Source of the DNA: Faecousia sp.
Lineage (GTDB): Bacteria > Bacillota > Clostridia > Oscillospirales > Oscillospiraceae
DNA length: 64,000 nt
Assembly: GCA_045635065.1 (NCBI GenBank)
Contig: JAZRBJ010000018.1
Span: forward strand, 676-64,675
Direction of reading: 5' to 3'
The position numbers and the translations under genes are program-made. Below, piece by piece: positions 52,714 to 61,290 of this stretch. The notes under the pieces are model-generated. The model was given only the letters and a program-made list of their open reading frames with translations, was not told the DNA's origin and ran no database searches. Each line of letters starts with the position of its first letter. The stretch's first letter is position 1.

Positions 52714-53359
52714 GATTCTTCATGCCCTCCAACATATTATTCTTGGCGTTTTCAATGTGGCGGGATGTGAGTTCCGCTGCCTTTTGCGCATCACCGGAGG
52801 CAATGGCTTCATAAATCTCCCGATGCTCTTTCACCACATAGACGATTCTACCGGGCTTTTCAATGGATGCTTTTCTATATCGTTGGGTCTTTCTGTGAAG
52901 AGGCAACAGCGTGTCCTTAATCACTGTGCGCTTGCTCAGTTCGCAAATCAGATCGTGAAACCGATCATCATTCTGACGCAAATGCTCAGAATCGTTCTTT
53001 TCCACATAAAATTCCTGCAAATCAATAATGTGCTTCAGCTCTTCCAGACCTTCCGGTGTCATATTTACCGTGGCATAGTAGGAAGCGAGACCCTCAACAC
53101 TCTGCCGAATATTCATAATATCCAACAGATCTTCCTCCGTAATACCCAGTACCACTGACCCCTTACCCGTGTCCGCAATCAGCCGTTCCTGTTCCAGCCG
53201 GCGAAGTGCCTCGCGGATAGGTGTTCTACTGACACCTAGTTGCTCCACAAGCTTAAGCTCAGTGAGGATCTCTCCTCTGGGATATACACCGGAGATAATG
53301 TCATATTCCAGCTTTTCAAATACCTGATCAGCCAGGGAAGCACTACGAAAATCTTTCAT
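52706..53359 (-). CDS. GntR/FCD (FadR subfamily) regulator
   Basis: VSRTPIREAL winged HTH; FH...EH..I..AI FCD domain. Confidence 0.95.
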   Translation of the reverse strand: MKDFRSASLADQVFEKLEYDIISGVYPRGEILTELKLVEQLGVSRTPIREALRRLEQERLIADTGKGSVVLGITEEDLLDIMNIRQSVEGLASYYATVNMTPEGLEELKHIIDLQEFYVEKNDSEHLRQNDDRFHDLICELSKRTVIKDTLLPLHRKTQRYRKASIEKPGRIVYVVKEHREIYEAIASGDAQKAAELTSRHIENAKNNMLEGMKNHG

Positions 53360-53371
53360 TTGGAATCCCCC

Positions 53372-54748
53372 TTACCAAATCTTATACTTACCGGGAGCCA
53401 GTTCTTCGATCTTATCTTCCAGCTCTTTGTTGGATAGAACCGTCTGACGGCCCTCTTCGTACAGCTCGTCAATCCAAGCCTTCAGCGCGACAACCAAATC
53501 GTTATGCTTATCAAGGGCAGCATCCCCCTGCAAGCGGTAGGTCTGATTGATCCAGTAGGCAATGCCCGCAAGCCCGGAAGTCTTACCAATCTGCACAGTT
53601 GCCGGTCTGTTTAACAGTTTTTCGGTGTCAAAAATCGTGTAGATCTCCTGATCCTTCATCAAACCGTCAGCATGGATACCGGCGCGGGTGACATTAAAGT
53701 TTCTACCCACAAACGGCGCCATATCCGGCACTTCGTAGCCAATATCCCGGCGGAAATAATCTGCAATTTCCGTAATCACCGTAGGGTCCATGCCATCCAT
53801 GGAACCACGCAGAGAAGCATATTCAAAAACCATTGCCTCAAGAGGAACATTGCCGGTGCGCTCACCGATACCCAGCAAAGAGCAGTTAACCGCGCATGCG
53901 CCGTACAGCCATGCGGTGGAAGCGTTGGCAACCGCCTTATAGAAATCGTTATGTCCGTGCCATTCCAGATGCTCACTGGGAACATCGGAATAATGCTGCA
54001 AACCGTAGATAATACCGGCCACACTTCTGGGAAGCGCTGCTTCCGTATAAGGAACGCCATAGCCCATGGTATCGCAAGCGCGGATTTTAACAGGAATACC
54101 CGCCTCTCTGGAGAGCTTCTGCAGCTCATTTACAAAAGGAACAACAAATCCATAGAAGTCAGCCCGGGTAATATCTTCCAAATGACATCTGGGAATAATG
54201 CCGGCATCAAAAGCATCCTTTACAGTACCAAGATAGTAATCCAGCACCTGGCTTCGGGTCATTTTCATTTTCTTGAAAATATGATAATCGCTGCAGCTTA
54301 CCAAAATACCGGTTTCCTTAATACCCATATCCCGGACCAGCTTAAAATCTTCCTTATTTGCGCGAATCCAAGTGGTAATTTCCGGAAATTTCAGCCCAAG
54401 AGCCATGCACTTTTCAATGGCCTCTCTGTCCTTCTTGCTGTAGATAAAGAACTCGGTTTGACGGATGATTCCGTAAGGGCCGCCCAGCTTGTTAAGAAGC
54501 TTATAGATATTCACAATCTGATCAACAGAATAGGGTTCAACGGACTGCTGACCGTCACGAAGAGAGGTATCTGTGATCCAAATCTCCTCCGGCATATTCA
54601 AAGGAACACGTCGGTGGTTAAAGGACACCTTGGGAACTGCGCCTTCTGTAAATACATCCCGCTGCAAATTAGGCTCAGGAATATCCTGAAGAGAATACTT
54701 ATAAGATTTTTGTTCCAGAAGATTGGTCTTATTGGAAATTTCCAGCAT
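53372..54748 (-). CDS. Re-citrate synthase (DRE-TIM family, often annotated 2-isopropylmalate synthase)
   Basis: TDTSLRDGQQ, HLEDITRAD, HGHNDF and GERTGN; first gene of the acn-icd operon. Confidence 0.8.
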   Translation of the reverse strand: MLEISNKTNLLEQKSYKYSLQDIPEPNLQRDVFTEGAVPKVSFNHRRVPLNMPEEIWITDTSLRDGQQSVEPYSVDQIVNIYKLLNKLGGPYGIIRQTEFFIYSKKDREAIEKCMALGLKFPEITTWIRANKEDFKLVRDMGIKETGILVSCSDYHIFKKMKMTRSQVLDYYLGTVKDAFDAGIIPRCHLEDITRADFYGFVVPFVNELQKLSREAGIPVKIRACDTMGYGVPYTEAALPRSVAGIIYGLQHYSDVPSEHLEWHGHNDFYKAVANASTAWLYGACAVNCSLLGIGERTGNVPLEAMVFEYASLRGSMDGMDPTVITEIADYFRRDIGYEVPDMAPFVGRNFNVTRAGIHADGLMKDQEIYTIFDTEKLLNRPATVQIGKTSGLAGIAYWINQTYRLQGDAALDKHNDLVVALKAWIDELYEEGRQTVLSNKELEDKIEELAPGKYKIW

Positions 54749-54777
54749 ACAATCACTCCTCCATGCATTCTTGAATT

Positions 54778-54815
54778 ATTGTATACAATTATACACGCAT
54801 ATCCTGAAAAGTCAA
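54778..54815 (-). promoter_or_regulatory. Sigma-A promoter with overlapping GntR-type palindromic operator
   Basis: TTGACT-16 bp-TATAAT on the minus strand; palindrome ATTGTATACAAT at 54778-54789. Confidence 0.7.
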
Positions 54816-54819
54816 TAAG

Positions 54820-54853
54820 AAAACCCACCGGAAAAACATTTTCTTCCGGTGGG
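54820..54853 (-). terminator. asnB terminator
   Basis: CCCACCGGAA...TTCCGGTGGG with an A-run on the plus strand. Confidence 0.75.
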
Positions 54854-54870
54854 ATAATCTAAAATTTCAG

Positions 54871-56685
54871 TTATATCAACTCAATATGGTATTCGGTCAG
54901 CCAGAAATTGATCTGAAGCATGTAAGCAATTGTCTGAGGAATCTTCATAAGCTGACCGTACCAGGGCCATTCATATTCACTATTGATAAGCTTTATAAGC
55001 GCATTTCTGTCTACAATTTGGAAAAGGGGCGCGTTAGGTTCAGAAAGTATCTGCTTTAATCTGCTGCTAACAGCCACCATATAATCCGGATGATGGGTTT
55101 TGGGATAAGGGCTTTTTTTGCGCCACAAAATCTCATCCGGCAAAATTCCTTCCATGGCTTTCCTAAGCAACCCTTTTTCTACATTTTTATGGTCCTTATA
55201 CTCCCAGGGAACGCCATAGAGATATTCTGCAATCCTGTAATCGCAAAAAGGAACCCGAACTTCTAAACCGTGATACATACTCATGCGGTCTTTCCTGTCC
55301 AGAAGTGTCTGCATAAACCATTGAAAATTCAGGTTTACCATTTCCTTCATCCTTCTTTCTTCCCCGGATGCTCCCGGAAGAACATCTGTGTCAGAAATAG
55401 TCTGGGAATACCGATCCATTACATATTCCTTTGAGTTTATAGAATAGGCTTTGTGAATCAACGAAGCTCTTTGGGCTGTGTTTTGCGCCCAAGGAAATCC
55501 CTCTGCGGCCCTGATTTTTTGATCACGAAACCAGGGATACCCCCCAAATATCTCATCGGCGCACTCGCCGGACAAGGCCACTTTGACATGGCTGCGGATT
55601 TTCCCGCAAAACGCCAGCAAAGAAAAATCCACATCTGCCATTCCGGGCAAATCCCTTGCCTTTGTTGCATCCTCCAATGAATCGATTAATGTCTCTGGGG
55701 AATGAATTGTCCAATGGTGATTCATAGGTTCCCGACGGGTCATTAAGCGAATATATTCCCCGTCTGAATTGGGCTGAAATTTTCCGGGTTGAAAATATTT
55801 ATCATTATCCACATAATCCACGGAAAAAGTGTCAAGCACATCCCCCCTACTGTGAAAATGCCGTGCGCAAATTGCGCTGATCAAGCTGGAATCCAGCCCA
55901 CCAGACAGAAATGTTCCCAGAGGTACATCAGAAACCGTTTGACGGCGAATAGCATCAATTACCAACTGGCGTACCGTATCCACAGTGTCCTCAAAATTCT
56001 CTTCATGCTCACGATCTCGCAAGTACCAATATTGCTGTTTTACAAACTTACCGTCCTTCAGCCACCCATACCATCCGGGGCATAATTCTTCAACGCCTTG
56101 AAACACACCGCAGCCCGGAGTTCTACCCGGTCCAAGAAGCAGGATTTCTGCCACGCCGTCTTCATCCAGCCTTGCTTTTACACCGGGGTAAGCCAGAATG
56201 GTTTTTATTTCTGAAGCAAAGATAAATCCGTTCTCATGACGCTTAAAAAACAGGGGTTTCACACCAATTTTATCCCTTGCGACGAACAGCGTCTGTTCCT
56301 CTTTTATCCATACAGCGAATGCAAATATTCCGTTTATTTCTTCCAGAACCCGCTCCCTCCATTGCGCAAAGGCATGGAGCAGCACCTCGGTATCTGATTC
56401 TGATATAAAGGAATGCCCGCATTGAATCAGGCGGTTTCGAAGTTCTCTTGTATTATACAATTCTCCGTTATAGGTCAGAATATATGTTTTCCCCTGCCAA
56501 AATAAAGTCATGGGCTGACTTCCACCTTTGGGATCAATAATTGCCAATCGGGTGTGAAGAAGTGTGCAATAATTATCTGCATATACACCCTTTCCATCCG
56601 GCCCTCTGCGGTACATGGTTGAAATCAGTTTGCTTTGAATATCTGCGTTCCCCTGCAGACCAACAAAACCCGCAATAGCACACAT
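54871..56685 (-). CDS. asnB: Glutamine-hydrolysing asparagine synthase (AsnO-like)
   Basis: N-terminal Cys (MCAIAG), RGPD, YNGELYN, LSGGLDSS and SGECADE. Confidence 0.93.
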   Translation of the reverse strand: MCAIAGFVGLQGNADIQSKLISTMYRRGPDGKGVYADNYCTLLHTRLAIIDPKGGSQPMTLFWQGKTYILTYNGELYNTRELRNRLIQCGHSFISESDTEVLLHAFAQWRERVLEEINGIFAFAVWIKEEQTLFVARDKIGVKPLFFKRHENGFIFASEIKTILAYPGVKARLDEDGVAEILLLGPGRTPGCGVFQGVEELCPGWYGWLKDGKFVKQQYWYLRDREHEENFEDTVDTVRQLVIDAIRRQTVSDVPLGTFLSGGLDSSLISAICARHFHSRGDVLDTFSVDYVDNDKYFQPGKFQPNSDGEYIRLMTRREPMNHHWTIHSPETLIDSLEDATKARDLPGMADVDFSLLAFCGKIRSHVKVALSGECADEIFGGYPWFRDQKIRAAEGFPWAQNTAQRASLIHKAYSINSKEYVMDRYSQTISDTDVLPGASGEERRMKEMVNLNFQWFMQTLLDRKDRMSMYHGLEVRVPFCDYRIAEYLYGVPWEYKDHKNVEKGLLRKAMEGILPDEILWRKKSPYPKTHHPDYMVAVSSRLKQILSEPNAPLFQIVDRNALIKLINSEYEWPWYGQLMKIPQTIAYMLQINFWLTEYHIELI

Positions 56686-56729
56686 ATCAATCCATTCCTT
56701 TCACAGAAATATAATCTGCACGCTTATTT

Positions 56730-56791
56730 ACTATATGACTCTACCCATAAAAACATGACAAGCACATTTTCTCCCCCGGAGCATACCATAG
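56730..56791. promoter_or_regulatory. Divergent mother-cell (sigma-E/K-like) promoters for asnB and the sleC-like operon
   Basis: Minus strand GTCATG...CATATAGT; plus strand GCACA...CATACCATA. Confidence 0.5.
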
Positions 56792-56817
56792 ATTGAATGC
56801 CGAAAGGAGGAATCTAT

Positions 56818-57198
56818 CTGTCAGCAATCGGTTATATACAGGTTCGTGCTTATACCAGCAACGCGCAGATTCCGCTGGAAGATGTGGCTGTTTTGGTCAC
56901 AACACCCGACGGTCAGGCCATTGCTATGCGACTTACGGATAAAAGCGGGAAAATTGACCCCATTCCCATTACCGTGCCGGATTTGAGTTCCAGTCAAACA
57001 CCAAACACGGGAATCGTTCCGTTTACAACTGTAAATATATATGCAAGACTGGAAAATTACGAACAAATTGAATCGGAAAGTACTCAGGTTTTTGCAGATA
57101 CAGTAACCATACAGGATTTGGAAATGATTCCTTTGTCTGAGTTGCCGGATCAATGGTCTAAAACGGAAATCTTCCGTACACCGGCACAAAATCTCTAG
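56818..57198 (+). CDS. Stand-alone homologue of the SleC N-terminal pro-region (carboxypeptidase-regulatory-like fold)
   Basis: GYIQVRA...PLEDVAV...TDKSG...VPD...SQTP...PFTTV...YE....TQVF, resembling the clostridial SleC N-terminus as recalled. AGGAGG lies 7 nt before a CTG; alternative ATG at 56797. Confidence 0.7.
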   Translation: MSAIGYIQVRAYTSNAQIPLEDVAVLVTTPDGQAIAMRLTDKSGKIDPIPITVPDLSSSQTPNTGIVPFTTVNIYARLENYEQIESESTQVFADTVTIQDLEMIPLSELPDQWSKTEIFRTPAQNL

Positions 57199-57209
57199 GA
57201 GGTGATCTC

Positions 57210-58487
57210 TTGCCGCCGGTCAATCCTTACATACCTAAGGAGATCACTGTTCATCTTGGGTCTCCTACATCCAACGCAGCAAATGTAACGGTTCCATTTA
57301 TTGATTATGTAAAAAATGTAGCATCCAGCGAAATCTATCCCACATGGGATGAAAGCGCATTACGGGCAAACATTTTTGCCATTGTTTCCTTTGCGCTGAA
57401 CCGGGTTTACACAGAATTTTACAGAAGCCGCGGTTACGACTTCGATATAACAAGCTCCACCGCCATTGACCAGGCATTCGTCAATGGCAGGAGTTATTTT
57501 GACTCTGTTTCCAAAATCGCAGATGAATTGTTTAATGACTATTTGCGACGACCGGGATTTGTAGAACCCCTGGCGGCAAAGTTCTGTAACGGCACCACGG
57601 TTACCTGTGAAGGACTCAGCCAATGGGGCAGTCAAAATCTTGCCCAACAGGGTTATAATTCCATCCAAATCCTTAGAAGCTATTATGGGGATGTGGAAAC
57701 AGTTCTCAATGCCCCTATACGGGGTATTGTTTCCTCCTACCCGGGAGAACCGTTGCGAAGAGGAAGTACTGGGCCAAATGTAGTGACAATACAGGTTGCA
57801 TTAAACAGAATCTCCCAAAATTATCCCGCAATTCCCAAAATTCCTGTGATTGACGGAATCTTTGGAAGCAGAACCGAAGCAACCGTACGGGCCTTCCAAC
57901 AGGTTTTCAATCTAACCTCTGACGGAGTTGTCGGACCTGCCACCTGGTATGCCATCGTCAGACTATATACAGCCGTAACGGACCTTTCTGAATTACGAAG
58001 CCAAGGTCAACAATTCTATTCTATCAACTGGACACCACCCAATGCGTTGCAAATCGGCAGTTCCGGAGAAAAGGTTCGACAACTTCAATATATGCTTAGT
58101 GTACTATCCAACTACATTTCGACCATTCCGCCCTTAACCATTGACAGCATTTACGGTCCTGCCACAAGAGCCGCTGTACTGGCTGCCCAAAGACGTTTTG
58201 GCCTTCCGGAAACAGGGGTTGTAGACGCTGCAACCTGGGATGAAATTTACGATCAATTCTCAGGCATCGAAAATACCACCTTTCGAAGCAAAGAAACCTT
58301 CCCTGTCAATCAAAATGCAGTGCCTGTTATGGCCAGCACGAACCGAAGACCCCAAAGAACCACCCCGCAAAGACAGCCAGCATCACCCACCAATCAGTAT
58401 GCAAAATCAACCACATTCAAGCAATTTCCCGGTTTTGATATTACAATCGGTTCTCAAGACCCTGTCAGCCAGGAGGTGGTAAGATGA
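57210..58487 (+). CDS. sleC: SleC-like spore cortex-lytic enzyme (SpoIID/LytB catalytic domain plus 2 PG-binding domains)
   Basis: IPKEITVHLG.P, F.DYVKNVASSEIYPTW, SFALNRVYTEFYRSRGY, QWGS and two PG_binding_1 repeats; TTG start with AGGAGGTG. Confidence 0.85.
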   Translation: MPPVNPYIPKEITVHLGSPTSNAANVTVPFIDYVKNVASSEIYPTWDESALRANIFAIVSFALNRVYTEFYRSRGYDFDITSSTAIDQAFVNGRSYFDSVSKIADELFNDYLRRPGFVEPLAAKFCNGTTVTCEGLSQWGSQNLAQQGYNSIQILRSYYGDVETVLNAPIRGIVSSYPGEPLRRGSTGPNVVTIQVALNRISQNYPAIPKIPVIDGIFGSRTEATVRAFQQVFNLTSDGVVGPATWYAIVRLYTAVTDLSELRSQGQQFYSINWTPPNALQIGSSGEKVRQLQYMLSVLSNYISTIPPLTIDSIYGPATRAAVLAAQRRFGLPETGVVDAATWDEIYDQFSGIENTTFRSKETFPVNQNAVPVMASTNRRPQRTTPQRQPASPTNQYAKSTTFKQFPGFDITIGSQDPVSQEVVR

Positions 58488-59029
58488 GACCGGCAGAATC
58501 TTTTGTAGGGCAACCCATACGAAGTCTGGAAACCATGCTACGGGTGATTGCTGAAAATGATCCTATGCTTCCCACGGTTGTTCCCGATGGAATTTACGGG
58601 CAGGAAGATATGACCGCCGTTTCGGCATTCCAAAGGAAATATGGCCTACCGGTAACGGGCATTGCGGACCAAACCACCTGGGAAGCTATTTTGAAACAGT
58701 ATGAATTGGCGCTTGTAAATATCGGCAAGGCTGAACCCATTGAAATCATAATGGATCCCGGAAAAGTTTACAGGCTTGGTGACAGTGATCCCAATCTTTA
58801 TTTGTTGCAAAGCATGCTGATTTACTTATCACTTCTTCATCCCACTATCGACACACCGGAGCATAACGGGATATTAGATAGCGAAACATCCAAAGCGCTT
58901 GCTGCATTTCAACTACTGGCAGGGCTGCCACCTACCGGTGAACTGGATAAGCTGACATGGAAATATCTCGTAAAACAATTTACCTTAAATGCCAACCGTT
59001 CTCAAGAGGTCTCCTTGAGCAATTTGTGA
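58484..59029 (+). CDS. Peptidoglycan-binding domain protein (2 x PG_binding_1)
   Basis: DGIYG...AVSAFQRKYGLPVTG.AD..TW and ALAAFQLLAGLPPTGELDKLTW. Confidence 0.88.
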   Translation: MRPAESFVGQPIRSLETMLRVIAENDPMLPTVVPDGIYGQEDMTAVSAFQRKYGLPVTGIADQTTWEAILKQYELALVNIGKAEPIEIIMDPGKVYRLGDSDPNLYLLQSMLIYLSLLHPTIDTPEHNGILDSETSKALAAFQLLAGLPPTGELDKLTWKYLVKQFTLNANRSQEVSLSNL

Positions 59030-59128
59030 ATTTTATAAAATCTTAAGATTAAATGCTTGATTATACAGAAAATAATGCGTATAATAGCTTTTACGGAATG
59101 ATTTTCTGCATTCCACGGAGGAAAAAGC

Positions 59129-59704
59129 ATGTTCATGAAGGACTGGAAAAAAGAAATATTGACGATTCCAAATTTGCTGAGTCTCTTCCGTCTGGCATTG
59201 ATTCCCGTCTACATGACGATCTATCTCAACGCTGACGGAAATCCTGCCAATTACTATCTGGCTGCAGGCATTTTGGCTGTTTCCTGTCTGACCGACCTGA
59301 TTGACGGCAAAATTGCCAGACATTTCAATATGATCTCCACAGTTGGTAAGATTCTGGATCCCCTTGCAGATAAGGCCACCCAGTTTACCTTGATCATTTG
59401 TCTGTTAAGCCGTTACCAATTTTTGTGGTACCTGGTTGGTTTGTTTGTTGTAAAGGAAAGCTTTCAGCTCATTGCCGGCTGCGTGAATCTCCATAAAGGT
59501 AAAATGTTGGATGGCGCATTGATTACCGGCAAGATCTGCACAACCGTTCTCTTTGTAAGCTTGATCCTTCTTGTTATGCTTCCCACACTCTCTGAAAATA
59601 TCGTCTTTATCATCATGATCATTGACATAGTTTTTATGCTGGCATCTTTCGCAGACTATATTCATGCATATTTCGGCAAGAATAAAAAATTCAACGACAT
59701 ATAA
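59129..59704 (+). CDS. CDP-alcohol phosphatidyltransferase (PgsA-like)
   Basis: TIPNLLSLFR and D.IDGKIARHFNMISTVGKILDPLADK signature. Confidence 0.92.
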   Translation: MFMKDWKKEILTIPNLLSLFRLALIPVYMTIYLNADGNPANYYLAAGILAVSCLTDLIDGKIARHFNMISTVGKILDPLADKATQFTLIICLLSRYQFLWYLVGLFVVKESFQLIAGCVNLHKGKMLDGALITGKICTTVLFVSLILLVMLPTLSENIVFIIMIIDIVFMLASFADYIHAYFGKNKKFNDI

Positions 59705-59705
59705 A

Positions 59706-59745
59706 GAAAAAGCCCATATTTGCCAGTCGGCAAATATCGGCTTTC
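59706..59745. terminator. Terminator between the pgsA-like gene and tRNA-Ser
   Basis: AAAGCCCATATTTGCC...GGCAAATATCGGCTTT. Confidence 0.7.
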
Positions 59746-59746
59746 A

Positions 59747-59838
59747 TGGCGGAGAAGGAGGGATTTGAACCCTCGATACCCTTTTGGGGTATACACGATT
59801 TCCAATCGTGCGCGCTCGGCCAGCTACGCGACTTCTCC
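59747..59838 (-). tRNA. tRNA-Ser(GGA)
   Basis: GGAGAAG acceptor stem, CACGA-TT-GGA-AA-TCGTG anticodon arm, long variable arm, GGTTCAAATCC and encoded CCA. Confidence 0.97.
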
Positions 59839-59936
59839 ATAACGCTGTTTGGTCAGCCAAGTTATATTACTTCATAGGATTGAATTTGTCAAGCCCTATT
59901 TTTGAATTTTCTCACTTTCTCAACAGGACAAAACAG

Positions 59937-59965
59937 TTGACAAGTTCCTGAAAAATCGATATAAT
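59937..59965 (+). promoter_or_regulatory. Consensus sigma-A promoter of tRNA-Thr
   Basis: TTGACA-17 bp-TATAAT. A divergent TTGACA-17-TAATAT at 59864-59892 serves tRNA-Ser. Confidence 0.9.
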
Positions 59966-59978
59966 GACAAAGCTGTAT

Positions 59979-60054
59979 GCTAGTGTAGCACAGTCGGTAG
60001 TGCATCTCACTCGTAATGAGAAGGTCGCCTGTTCGAGTCAGGTCACTAGCTCCA
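59979..60054 (+). tRNA. tRNA-Thr(CGT)
   Basis: GCTAGTG/CACTAGC acceptor stem, TCTCA-CT-CGT-AA-TGAGA anticodon arm, GTTCGAGTC and CCA. Confidence 0.96.
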
Positions 60055-60086
60055 AAAAAGCTGACCCTTTTGGGGTCAGCTTTTTT
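60054..60086. terminator. Bidirectional terminator tRNA-Thr/thiI
   Basis: AAAAAAGCTGACCC-tttt-GGGGTCAGCTTTTTT. Confidence 0.9.
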
Positions 60087-60087
60087 G

Positions 60088-61278
60088 TTACATGAAGGGT
60101 TCATCGGTGTACTTAACCGTGATCTTTTCAACGCTGGCCAGCGCTTGCTGAATCAGCGCTTCTCTATCCAGCTTCTTTTCCGCATTCAGCACCTGACCCA
60201 GGCTGGGCTTTGTTTTGGGATGCTTAGGCGTAAATACGGTGCAGCAATCCTCATAGGGCAAGATGGAAGTATCCAATGTGCCGATCTTACGGGCAATGGA
60301 AACAATTTCTTCCTTGTCCATACCAACCAGGGGCATAAACACGGGAATATCCACAACCGCGCCAGTAACCGCCATGGCTTCCATGGTCTGACTTGCCACC
60401 TGACCCAGATTTTCGCCGGTGATCAATGCGCCGCAACCGTCATCCTTGCCAATCCGCTGGGAAATCTCCATCATAAAACGGCGCATAATCAAGGTAAAGA
60501 ATTCTTCCGGGCAATTATCCCGAATGGCTTCCTGAATCTGGGTGAAACTGACAATATTAACGGTCATGCGTCCACTAAACTTAGTGACCAGACGGGCCAG
60601 TTCCAGCACCTTATCCTTAGCCAGCTGAGATGTATAGGGATAAGAGAAGAAATGTACACATTCAATCTCAACGCCCCGTTTTGCCATCATATAGGCTGCC
60701 ACGGGAGAATCGATACCACCGCTCAGCAGGCACATGGCTCTTCCGCCTACGCCTGTGGGAAGTCCGCCTGCGCCGGGAACAGCCGGGCCGTGAACATAGG
60801 CAGCCAGATCGCGAATCTCCACATAAACCGTATATTCCGGATTATGCACATCCACAGCGCAACTGGGGTGGGCTTCTGCAAGTCTGCCGCCAATTTCCTG
60901 GGAAATACCAATGGAAGTCAAAGGAAAACGCTTATCAGAGCGCTTGGATTCCACCTTGAAGGAACGGGCGCAATCCAGATCATCCCCCAAATATTCCTCC
61001 ACGGCATTGAAAATGGAATCCAGATTCTTTTCACAGGGTCTGCAACGGCAAAGGCTTACTACGCCAAAAATACTGCGGCAGGCTTCCCATGCCCCTTCCA
61101 GATCTGCATTTTCATCCTCCGGCTCAACATACACGGTGGACTGCATGATATACACATCAAAATTTCCGTAGGGACGCATTCTGCGCCGGACATTGGAGCG
61201 AAGCTTGTTCTCAAACTGGCGCTTATTTGCACCCTTAAGAACAATTTCACCAAGCTTCATCAAAAAAATCTCATTCAT
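60088..61278 (-). CDS. thiI: tRNA 4-thiouridine synthase ThiI
   Basis: GEIVLKG, THUMP domain, PP-loop LSGGIDSPVA, GQVASQT and PYEDCC. Confidence 0.96.
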   Translation of the reverse strand: MNEIFLMKLGEIVLKGANKRQFENKLRSNVRRRMRPYGNFDVYIMQSTVYVEPEDENADLEGAWEACRSIFGVVSLCRCRPCEKNLDSIFNAVEEYLGDDLDCARSFKVESKRSDKRFPLTSIGISQEIGGRLAEAHPSCAVDVHNPEYTVYVEIRDLAAYVHGPAVPGAGGLPTGVGGRAMCLLSGGIDSPVAAYMMAKRGVEIECVHFFSYPYTSQLAKDKVLELARLVTKFSGRMTVNIVSFTQIQEAIRDNCPEEFFTLIMRRFMMEISQRIGKDDGCGALITGENLGQVASQTMEAMAVTGAVVDIPVFMPLVGMDKEEIVSIARKIGTLDTSILPYEDCCTVFTPKHPKTKPSLGQVLNAEKKLDREALIQQALASVEKITVKYTDEPFM

Positions 61279-61290
61279 AAATTAAACCTT

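Noticed and set aside
53672-54862. 396-aa plus-strand ORF
   Set aside because: Antisense shadow of the Re-citrate synthase gene.
59747-60086. tRNA genes as integration sites
   Set aside because: No duplicated tRNA 3' ends or integrase nearby; both are flanked by terminators and core genes.
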